DNA of 64,000 bases from Anaerolineae bacterium (GTDB lineage Bacteria > Chloroflexota > Anaerolineae > Anaerolineales > UBA4823): NCBI GenBank assembly GCA_003130835.1, contig QEXX01000081.1:4467-68466 (forward strand), read 5' to 3'. A program made the position numbers and the translations under genes. Of the stretch, positions 18,848 through 26,983 are shown piece after piece. Position 1 is the stretch's first letter; each line of letters begins with the position of its first letter. A model generated the notes under the pieces. It did no database searches, was not told where the DNA came from, and worked only from the letters and a program-made list of their open reading frames with translations.

Positions 18848-20439
18848 AGCAAAAACCTTTCCACCGCTCCATAATCCTGCTGGTCAGTTTGGGGTTGTTG
18901 AGCCATCTGGCATGTCTGAGCACACCCTATTTTATTGCACCTCAGGCTTCTCCTACGCTGCCGGCAGAGCTTGCCATCTTTTCCGGCACCTTGCCGCCGA
19001 CCTATGCCCTCTTGCCCACCTCCACCGCTACTCCCGAGGCAACGAGCGGTGACCCAGGTGGGCTGCTTTTCGCCACTCCAACACCGATCACCCAGATGCC
19101 AACCGAGACGGTTGAGAGCCTGCCCATTCTCTACAACGCCCAAGCGGGTGACACTCTGGCGGCGGTTGCCGTGCGATTTGGCGTTTCGCCAGCCGAAATC
19201 AGCTCGCCCGATCCGTTGCCCGAAAAAGCGCTTCTACAGCCTGGCCAATTGTTGATCATCCCGCGGCGTTTGGCAAACACCACCACATCGGAACATATCT
19301 TGCCGGATAGTGAGCTGGTCTATTCCCCCTCCGCAGCCGATTTTGATGTCGAGGCGTATGTCGCACAGACCTCAGGCAAACTGCGCACCTATGAAGAATG
19401 GATGAAAAGCACCGGCACCATTAGCGGGGCACAGGTGCTGCAACGAGTAGCCATCGAAAACTCGATCAACCCCCGCCTTTTGCTGGCGCTCTTGGAATAT
19501 CAGAGCGGCTGGGTCAACGGTCAGCCCACAGAGGCGGAGAAATTGCGCTACCCAATGGGCTACATCGACCCCTTTCAGCCAGCCTTATTCCATCAATTGG
19601 TCTGGGCGGTCAATCAACTTTCCATCGGCTATTATGGCTGGCGTGAAGGCCGCTTGACCGAGCTGACCTTTGTCAAAGACCGCTATAAAGCCCGCTTGGC
19701 GCCGGACCTCAACGCCGGCAGCGTTGCCATCCTATACTACTTTGCCCAACTCTATGACAGCCAAGGTTGGCTGAAAGCGGTTGACCCGCAAAGCGGCTTC
19801 CCGGCTTTTTATCGCCAGATGTTCGGCGATCCTTGGGCACGGGCGGCCCTGGTCGAGCCCCTTTATCCACCGGGCTTGGAACAACCGCCGCTCAGCTTGC
19901 CGTTTGAACCCAATCAGATTTGGAGCTACACCGGCGGTCCGCACGGCGCCTGGGAGCGGGATGGCTCGTATGCAGCCTTGGATTTTGCGCCCCCCTCCTC
20001 TGAGCCGGGCTGTGTTGCCTCCAATGCATGGGTAACCGCTTCAGCCTCCGGGCTGGTTGTGCGTTCAGAACGCGGCTTGGTGGTCTTAGATTTGGATGGC
20101 GACGGGCGCGAGCAGACCGGATGGGTGCTGATTTATTTGCATGTCTCTTCAGAAAGCAGTGTTCCGGTCGGTACTTGGGTAGCGCGCGGTGACCGTTTGG
20201 GCCATCCCTCCTGTGAGGGCGGCATTGCTACCGGCACGCATGTCCATATTGCCCGCAAGTTCAACGGCGAATGGATTGCCGCCGATGGCCCGGTGCCCTT
20301 TAATCTAAGTGGTTGGATTGCCGTGGCAGGTGAAGAAGCCTATAAGGGTTTTTTGGTGCGCGGCGATCAAGTCGTGGTGGCAAACACCAATGCCTCACGG
20401 AAGTCGTTCATCATGCTCAGCGATGCAGATCTTCAATAA
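18844..20439 (+). CDS. LysM + M23-like peptidase lipoprotein (paralogue 2)
   Basis: HLAC lipobox; LysM YNAQAGDTLAAVA; GGPH...LDF and THVH; ATGA overlap with paralogue 1. Confidence 0.85.
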   Translation: MKQKPFHRSIILLVSLGLLSHLACLSTPYFIAPQASPTLPAELAIFSGTLPPTYALLPTSTATPEATSGDPGGLLFATPTPITQMPTETVESLPILYNAQAGDTLAAVAVRFGVSPAEISSPDPLPEKALLQPGQLLIIPRRLANTTTSEHILPDSELVYSPSAADFDVEAYVAQTSGKLRTYEEWMKSTGTISGAQVLQRVAIENSINPRLLLALLEYQSGWVNGQPTEAEKLRYPMGYIDPFQPALFHQLVWAVNQLSIGYYGWREGRLTELTFVKDRYKARLAPDLNAGSVAILYYFAQLYDSQGWLKAVDPQSGFPAFYRQMFGDPWARAALVEPLYPPGLEQPPLSLPFEPNQIWSYTGGPHGAWERDGSYAALDFAPPSSEPGCVASNAWVTASASGLVVRSERGLVVLDLDGDGREQTGWVLIYLHVSSESSVPVGTWVARGDRLGHPSCEGGIATGTHVHIARKFNGEWIAADGPVPFNLSGWIAVAGEEAYKGFLVRGDQVVVANTNASRKSFIMLSDADLQ

Positions 20440-21874
20440 AGTCCTTAGATACCTGCGCCCGGCGATAACCCTGTTGGCAGGTGCAGGCTTGGTGGCGCTC
20501 AGCGCCTGTCAAAGGCAGGCGGTTGCCGCTCCGAATCAAGGGCTTATCGATTCGGGGTTTACCCTTACCCAACCTGTCCTTGCCTCCCCGCAGCCTTCTG
20601 CCCGGGCTACTTTGCCTTGGCTTCTTCCTTCCCTCACCGCTACGGCTTTGCCTGCACGCCCGACACCAACCTTGACACCATCCCCAAGTTTTGCCCTGCC
20701 CGATAGTGAGGTGGTTTACTCGCCTTCGGCAATCGATTTTGACGTCCACGCTTATTTAGACCAGACCTCAGGATTCCTGCGAAGTCACCGCGAATACCTG
20801 AAAAGCACTGCTTGGACCAGTGCAGCCGACATCGTGCAACGCGTTGCCTTAGAGAACTCGATTAATCCCCGCCTGCTGCTCACGTTGCTTGAGATGCACT
20901 GTGGTTGTGTCAGCGGTGATCTGCGCCAAGGTGTGCCAATCGACTATCTGCTCGGCAACACCGATTTCCGCCGTCAGGGATTGTTCCGGCAATTGAGCTG
21001 GGCAGCCAGTCGTTTATCGGCTGCATACTATGGCTGGAAGGCCGGTCAGGTTTCAGAAATCGTCCTTCAAGATGGCTCGCTCATCCGGCTCGATCCCCGT
21101 TGGAACGCCGGCAGTGTCGCGGCGCTGTATTTCTTTGCTTTTTATGACGTGCAGACTGTCCACCGTGTCCTGCATGCGGAATCCGGCTTGCTGGCGACTC
21201 ATCGACGCTTGTTTGGGGATTTCGAGCACAGGGCTGCCGCTGTTGAACCTTTGCTGCCTGAGGGGCTAAGCCAACCTCCTTTTATCCTGCCATTTGAAGT
21301 TGGGCGGATGTGGGCTTTGACCAGCGGGCCCCATGTGGTTTGGGAAACAGAAGGGGCAATGGGGGCATTAGATTTTGCCCCGGCAACGTATGATCATGGG
21401 TGTGTCCCGACCGATGCTTGGGTGACCGCCGTAGCCGATGGCAGGGTGGTGCGCTCGGAGTTCGGGGCGGTCGTGTTAGACTTGGACGGCCCGAACGGCG
21501 AGCCAGCCGATGGGTTTGAGCAAAGCGGGTGGGCGGTGCTCTATCTGCACATTGCGGAAAAAGGGCGCGTCTCGGTTGGCGAGCGGCTAAAGGCTGGCGA
21601 CCGCATTGGGCAGCCCTCCTGTGAAGGCGGACGTGCCACCGGCACACACGTTCATATCGCCCGCAAGTATAATGGGGAGTGGATCCCGGCGGCTGGGGCG
21701 ATTCCGTTCGAGCTGGATGGTTGGATTGCCCAAGCCGGTGAGAAGCCTTACGAAGGCAGTTTGGTGAAAGATGGACAACAAGTCATTGCCCAACCGGTTG
21801 GTTCCTATGTTACGAAAATTGCGCGACCGACGTTTACCCCAACGTTACCCTCCCCCCCAACTCCATTCCCATAG
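20423..21874 (+). CDS. M23-like peptidase lipoprotein lacking LysM (paralogue 3)
   Basis: LSAC lipobox; same core (PDSEVVYSP, NPRLLL, SGPH...LDF, THVH), no LysM segment; start set at ATG 20423. Confidence 0.8.
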   Translation: MQIFNKVLRYLRPAITLLAGAGLVALSACQRQAVAAPNQGLIDSGFTLTQPVLASPQPSARATLPWLLPSLTATALPARPTPTLTPSPSFALPDSEVVYSPSAIDFDVHAYLDQTSGFLRSHREYLKSTAWTSAADIVQRVALENSINPRLLLTLLEMHCGCVSGDLRQGVPIDYLLGNTDFRRQGLFRQLSWAASRLSAAYYGWKAGQVSEIVLQDGSLIRLDPRWNAGSVAALYFFAFYDVQTVHRVLHAESGLLATHRRLFGDFEHRAAAVEPLLPEGLSQPPFILPFEVGRMWALTSGPHVVWETEGAMGALDFAPATYDHGCVPTDAWVTAVADGRVVRSEFGAVVLDLDGPNGEPADGFEQSGWAVLYLHIAEKGRVSVGERLKAGDRIGQPSCEGGRATGTHVHIARKYNGEWIPAAGAIPFELDGWIAQAGEKPYEGSLVKDGQQVIAQPVGSYVTKIARPTFTPTLPSPPTPFP

Positions 21875-22130
21875 CGAAAGGGAGGAGAGCTTCCCATCCT
21901 CCGTCAAGAACGGGGCTAGGGGTGAAGACAGGCGGCGTGATGCTTCTGCCCCCCGGAAACGATCGGCTCGGTTGTCTTCACTCATTGGGAGCCGCACGAG
22001 CGGTCAAGAGAGACCGCCTCACGCTCCTGCCCAAAGCGAGCAATCGCTTCGCTTTCCTTCTCCCCTAGGGAAAAGGGCTGGGGATCAGGGCATGCTCCCC
22101 TCGCCCAGCGGGCGAGGGGCTAGGGGTGAG
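21868..22130. repeat. CCCTCxCCC...GGGxGAGGG-type palindromic repeats
   Basis: GGGGCTAGGGGTGA occurs twice; CTCCCCTAGGGAAAAGGG and CTCCCCTCGCCCAGCGGGCGAGGGG hairpins resemble the module at 23.97 kb and 29.41 kb. Confidence 0.65.
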
Positions 22131-23606
22131 GGCATTTTCTTGGTGTTTCTTCTCCTCACCCTGCTGCTCGGCAGTTGCAATTTTCCCATGCCCAGCCAAT
22201 CGGAGGCCGAACCTTTGCCGGCCTTTGCCCAGGCATGGCAAGAGAACGCTACCCCTACCCCGCAAGCGACTCCTCTCCCAACCCGCCCGATCTATGCGCC
22301 CGGTGAGCTGGTGGATTACACTGCGCAAAGCGGCGATACGCTGCCCCTGCTGGCTTTGCGCTTCAACACGAGCGTGGAAGAAATTTTAGAAGCCAACCCC
22401 TTTATCCCCCAATCGGCGACGACCATGCCGCCGGGCATGCCGATGAAGATCCCCATTTATTACAACCCTCTGTGGGGCAATCCCTATAAAATCATCCCAG
22501 ACAGCGTATTCGTCAACGGGCCGCGCGCCAAAACCTTTGATACCGCTGCGTTTGTCGCTCAACAGCCTGGCTGGTTGAACGGCTATCGCGAGTACGCCGC
22601 CCGAGCCACTCGCTCTGCGGCCGAGATTGTGGACTATGTTGCCCGCCATTACAGCGTCAGCCCGATGCTCCTGCTTGCCCTTTTGGAAGTTCATTCGGAA
22701 GCTTTAAGCAACCCACAGCCGAGTGCGGACGCTCTCACCTACCCACTTGGCTACCATAATCCATATCGCAAAGGGCTGTATTCCCAACTGATTTGGACAG
22801 CGAACACCCTCAACAATGGATATTACGGCTTTCGGGCTGGTCAACTGTTGGGGGTGGAGTTCGAGGACGGACGCGAAGAGCGTTTTGACCCCTGGCTCAA
22901 CGCCGCAACGGCTGCTCTTCATTATTATTTCAATATCCTGCTCGATGACGAAGCCTACCGCTGGGCAGTCAGTCCGCAAGGTTTTGCCTCAACCTATCAA
23001 CGCCTGTTTGGCGATGCTTGGTTGGATGATGAACCTCATCTGCCCGGCAGTCTGGAGCAGCCACCCTTGCGCCTGCCCTTTCAGCCGGGTGGCGTTTGGG
23101 CGTATACCGGGGGTCCTCATACCGCGTGGGGAACAGGTCAACCCTTTGCGGCGATTGATTTTGCGCCGCCTTCAGTGGCTACAGGGTGCGTCTCTTCGGA
23201 ACAGTGGGTGACGGCGGTTGCCGATGGGGTGGTGACCTATGTCGATGTCGGCGAGGTCACGTTGGATTTGGATGGGGATGGAGACGACCGCACCGGTTGG
23301 GCAATTTTTTACCTGCATGTTGCCTCGAAAGACCGCGTACCCTTGGGAGCACAACTCAAGGCTGGCGATCCCATTGGTCATCCTTCCTGTGAAGGGGGAA
23401 CTGCGACCGGCACGCATGTCCATATTGCCCGCAAGTATAACGGCGAGTGGATTCTTGCCGAAGGTGTGTTAGCTTTCAACCTCGAAGGGTGGATTGCTTA
23501 TAACGGCTCCCGTCCGTATTTGGGTACCCTCAAACGCAATGGGGTAACGGTCATTGCTTCGGATAAAGCGGTTGCCTCTAGCCATCTTGAAGCCGGCTTG
23601 CCCTAA
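22092..23606 (+). CDS. LysM + M23-like peptidase lipoprotein (paralogue 4); start uncertain
   Basis: LLLGSC lipobox; LysM YTAQSGDTLPLLA; GGPH...IDF and THVH; ATG 22092 chosen, although the frame is open back to 21771. Confidence 0.8.
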   Translation: MLPSPSGRGARGEGIFLVFLLLTLLLGSCNFPMPSQSEAEPLPAFAQAWQENATPTPQATPLPTRPIYAPGELVDYTAQSGDTLPLLALRFNTSVEEILEANPFIPQSATTMPPGMPMKIPIYYNPLWGNPYKIIPDSVFVNGPRAKTFDTAAFVAQQPGWLNGYREYAARATRSAAEIVDYVARHYSVSPMLLLALLEVHSEALSNPQPSADALTYPLGYHNPYRKGLYSQLIWTANTLNNGYYGFRAGQLLGVEFEDGREERFDPWLNAATAALHYYFNILLDDEAYRWAVSPQGFASTYQRLFGDAWLDDEPHLPGSLEQPPLRLPFQPGGVWAYTGGPHTAWGTGQPFAAIDFAPPSVATGCVSSEQWVTAVADGVVTYVDVGEVTLDLDGDGDDRTGWAIFYLHVASKDRVPLGAQLKAGDPIGHPSCEGGTATGTHVHIARKYNGEWILAEGVLAFNLEGWIAYNGSRPYLGTLKRNGVTVIASDKAVASSHLEAGLP

Positions 23607-23723
23607 GGCGCTTTGATGAACTGCTGAGAGGCAGCGCATCCTGGTTGCGCCTTGCTCGGAGTGGCAGGCGTCCTCGCCTGCGCCATTGGGCGGACGGGGA
23701 CGTCTGCCCTCTGGGGCGTTCGC

Positions 23724-24020
23724 TTACGGGTTGCGTAGCGCAACGTATCGAAACCCGCTGGGTTGAGCAGTGTGCTGAGCTTGTCGAAGCGCCTGTCGAA
23801 ACCCGCTGGGTTGGGTCTCGGTACGGGCTGACGCCCTACTCGACCCACAGGAAGGCGCGGGTTGAGCTTGCATTGAGTTTGTCGAAATGTAGCGAGCGCC
23901 AGCGAGCGTACCGAAACCCGCTGGGTTAGGTCTCGGTACGGGCTGAGGCCCTACTCGACCCGCCATACTCCCCTCGCTCCTCGTGGGAGAGGGGTTGGGG
24001 GTGAGGGTCACTCCCCTCGC
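23724..24020. repeat. composite REP/BIME-like cluster (inverted relative to the 29.3 kb cluster)
   Basis: 33-bp core GGTCTCGGTACGGGCTGACGCCCTACTCGACCC at 23814-23846 and 23929-23961 (1 mismatch); GAAACCCGCTGGGTT three times; GAGCTTGTCGAAG module; GGGAGAGGGGTTGGGGGTGAGGG module. Confidence 0.9.
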
Positions 24021-24136
24021 CTGTGCAGCACACGGGGATGGCCGCACCCCGGCAGAGCCTTTGCAACCTTCAGCAACAGCCGATTGAGCGACGCAGCAAC
24101 CCATTCGGCGCAGATAATCGGAAAAAGGTAGAGTGA

Positions 24137-25021
24137 CTAAACTTCGGGATATAACCCCTTGCCAGGGATCACGTGACGGATTCCCCCACGCGGATCTTCC
24201 ACATCGCCTTTATAGCGGGGGATGATATGAATGTGCACATGTGGGATGGTTTGTCCTGCCGCTTCTCCTACATTGAAACCCACATTAAACCCCTGCGGTG
24301 AGAATCGCTCTTTGAGGATTTCCTTGACCCGTTCGACTACGATCCACAAAGCTGTCTTGTTATGGGTGGAGAGTTCAAAATAATCCGCTAGATGTTTCTT
24401 GGGAATCACCAGGGCATGGCCGGGTGAAACAGGATACTTATCCAAAATGGCATAAGCCGTCGCCGACTCGGTTAGCAATTCTCGCTCCGTATCCGGAGCA
24501 CAGAAGGGACACTGCTGCGGTTGTGCATGAGTCTGTTGGTTATAGTGCTGATAAACATAAATTTCTGAACTCTCCGAACAATAGATGCTCTTGTACGGGA
24601 GTTTTACATTGCATTGATACACACTGACGCCGTGTTTTAAGTGAGTGCGAAAACCGTCGCGGCGGATATCGCGGCGAACCGAAAAATAAGCTTTTCCCTG
24701 CGGTTTCAACAATTCAGAGACAGCCATCAAGACCTGCACCTGTTCCTCAGGGAGCAAAACATTAAGAACATAAAAGCATAAAATCGTATCAAACTTTCCT
24801 TGTGGTTCAGCCGGAAAATAATGGGGGTCGTAGCCTACTACGTCCAAGCCTTTCTGACGCAAGAATTCTACATCCACGCCAAGCCCGCAACCGAAATCCA
24901 ATATTCGTCCACATAGGTATCCTTGTTTCCACAGATAGCGAACCGGAAACGAAGGCTCTTTCCGCTCTTTGACGGTCAGATGGCTATAAGGATTCTGGGG
25001 AGAACGGTAAACCAAGTTCAT
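24137..25021 (-). CDS. class I SAM-dependent methyltransferase fused to a HIT-family nucleotide hydrolase
   Basis: ILDFGCGLGVD, GYDPHY and FYVLNVL (MTase); CPFC, KYPVSPGHALVIPK and HVHIHIIPR (HIT triad); ATG overlaps the HNH gene stop (ATGA). Confidence 0.9.
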   Translation of the reverse strand: MNLVYRSPQNPYSHLTVKERKEPSFPVRYLWKQGYLCGRILDFGCGLGVDVEFLRQKGLDVVGYDPHYFPAEPQGKFDTILCFYVLNVLLPEEQVQVLMAVSELLKPQGKAYFSVRRDIRRDGFRTHLKHGVSVYQCNVKLPYKSIYCSESSEIYVYQHYNQQTHAQPQQCPFCAPDTERELLTESATAYAILDKYPVSPGHALVIPKKHLADYFELSTHNKTALWIVVERVKEILKERFSPQGFNVGFNVGEAAGQTIPHVHIHIIPRYKGDVEDPRGGIRHVIPGKGLYPEV

Positions 25022-26133
25022 GAGCGAAATCTCCAACCCGTTACAAAACCCATATTCGCCGCAATTTGGATCTGAGGCGCAATCACCTCGTACAACTTAT
25101 CCCGAAAGGTTGAAAAACTCATACTTTGCAACTCCTCAAGCGTTGGGATTCTAAAAAGAAGCACATAATCTTCAAGCAGTCTTTCCTTTCGGGGTGTTTC
25201 TAACACAATCTGAATAGCTTGATGTTGAAGCTGAGCAAAACGGTCAAAATAAGAAAGGTCGGGGACACAATCACTTTTGGCAGAGTTAACCCTTCGGCTA
25301 GTCGGCGCAAGATTCCATAGAGAATCATGGGCAACAAAGCGCCAGGGTAAAAAATGATCGATTGAATAAGCGCCTCGATGCAACGGCTCCTCAGAATAAA
25401 TGCAATTTATCTGTCCCTTTCTTGACAACACGAGATTCCAAAATTCCCTTGCCAAGTGTAAGTCTCGTTGGGTTGGAGCAAACAATTTCGCAGCGATATT
25501 AGGAATGTTGGGATTATTCTTCTGCAAATAATTGAGCAGATTCCACAAACAGAAATCGGTCAGAATCGCTAAGTGTTGTTGTAGATATTCGTACCAATCG
25601 GGATGAATTTCGATCCCCCATTCGGGGCTTTCAACAAAGCGATATAGGCAAGGTTCAGGCGAAGAGAAAGATGCTTCCGCTAGTTGACGAATGCTGCGAT
25701 TGATTTTCCAATCCACCATGCCCCGTAAAGACTGTGCAAAGAAAGGACGCAAAAAACGATAGGGGACAAAGTCCGCCAAGTGCGCAATTTGACGCCCTAT
25801 CTCATCCCGCTGTGAGAGATGTTGATGGGCGACCTCGATAATCTGGTGTTGGGGACTATTTGCATCCAAATCTGACCCTGTGCCTATCAAAGTGACCAAC
25901 TTTCCGATTTGATCCTGTTTTCCAAACGAAAGGCGGTAAAAATTCAATGGATACCAGGAATGACCGATCATATATGCTAAAAGAGAATCGATAGCAATTA
26001 CCCTCCCCATTCCCTGACGCACATGGTCTAAAATTACCAGAAACCAATAGAACTTATAGGAATTCGTTACTTGTTCAAAACTTGAACTCAGTGCGGAGAT
26101 GGGTAATTTTGGAGAATTCGGAAGCGCAATCAT
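25018..26133 (-). CDS. HNH endonuclease domain protein with N-terminal helical domain
   Basis: C-terminal CIYS...SIDHFLPW...WNL.......NSAKSD HNH motif; N-terminal TNSYKFYWF motif. Confidence 0.88.
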   Translation of the reverse strand: MIALPNSPKLPISALSSSFEQVTNSYKFYWFLVILDHVRQGMGRVIAIDSLLAYMIGHSWYPLNFYRLSFGKQDQIGKLVTLIGTGSDLDANSPQHQIIEVAHQHLSQRDEIGRQIAHLADFVPYRFLRPFFAQSLRGMVDWKINRSIRQLAEASFSSPEPCLYRFVESPEWGIEIHPDWYEYLQQHLAILTDFCLWNLLNYLQKNNPNIPNIAAKLFAPTQRDLHLAREFWNLVLSRKGQINCIYSEEPLHRGAYSIDHFLPWRFVAHDSLWNLAPTSRRVNSAKSDCVPDLSYFDRFAQLQHQAIQIVLETPRKERLLEDYVLLFRIPTLEELQSMSFSTFRDKLYEVIAPQIQIAANMGFVTGWRFRS

Positions 26134-26419
26134 TATCCCACGCTATTTCTTGAGTTAAGGCAACACCAGTATTTATTTTACCCGCATTCCCTCTTCATCA
26201 CACGAGTTCTTGATTTTTAAGAAAATGATTGCATGGCTGAATTGATGATAAAGAACGAGACTTCCAGTCTTCCTTTCATCACCTTATGTTTTCTGTGGTA
26301 ATTTGACGTTTGCAAACAGACTTATCGGTACACCACTTATTCGGATTACCCCAACCTTTTGGTGGGGGTCGGACTATACTCTATAGCGTGAGCGCTCACC
26401 TTATGCCTTGTGGAGGACG

Positions 26420-26983
26420 ATGGACGAAGAGACTGCCATCCGACGCTTGAAAGCCGGCGATCTGGCCGGGCTGGAGTTCCTGGTCTTACGCTACCAAGTT
26501 AAGGCATTGCGGGTTGCCAACCTGATCACGCGGGATTTACCCCTTGCCGAAGATGTGGTGCAAGATTGTTTCCTGCGCCTCATCCGTGCCATCCGCAGTT
26601 TCGACTCGCAACGCCCGTTTGAACCTTGGTTTCTGCGCAGTGTGGTGCGCGCAGCGGTCAGAGCGGCTCAGCAGGCAAAACGCAACCTTCACGCCCAAAG
26701 CCAGGCGGAGGAAGATTGGTTTGAAAACCTGCTGGGCAGCCTTCAATCTGCCGAAGCGGAAGTGGAGGCGAGGCAGACTCGCCAAAGCGTACAAGATGCG
26801 CTGCAACAGCTTTCCCCTCGTCAGCGGGCGGTGCTGGTGCAACGCTATTACTTGGGTTGGAGTGAAAAAGAGATGGTTGACGAGCTTGGACTGCGCCCCG
26901 GAACGGTGAAGTGGTTGTTGAACGCTGCTCGCACCCGTCTGCGCGCCGTGTTGGAGAAAGGAGGGCGAGATGAAACCCGATGA
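26420..26983 (+). CDS. ECF (sigma-70 group 4) RNA polymerase sigma factor
   Basis: AEDVVQDCF, FEPWFLR, LQQLSPRQRAVLVQRYY and GTVKWLLNAAR; RBS GGAGG before ATG 26420. Confidence 0.93.
   Translation: MDEETAIRRLKAGDLAGLEFLVLRYQVKALRVANLITRDLPLAEDVVQDCFLRLIRAIRSFDSQRPFEPWFLRSVVRAAVRAAQQAKRNLHAQSQAEEDWFENLLGSLQSAEAEVEARQTRQSVQDALQQLSPRQRAVLVQRYYLGWSEKEMVDELGLRPGTVKWLLNAARTRLRAVLEKGGRDETR

Noticed and set aside
21771-22091. Long N-terminal extensions in the ORF track (this one; also dnaG to 15370, argG to 32612, paralogue 3 from 20309, polX to 59507, APC to 41879)
   Set aside because: They overlap neighbouring genes or repeats and precede better starts with RBS or family-typical N-termini
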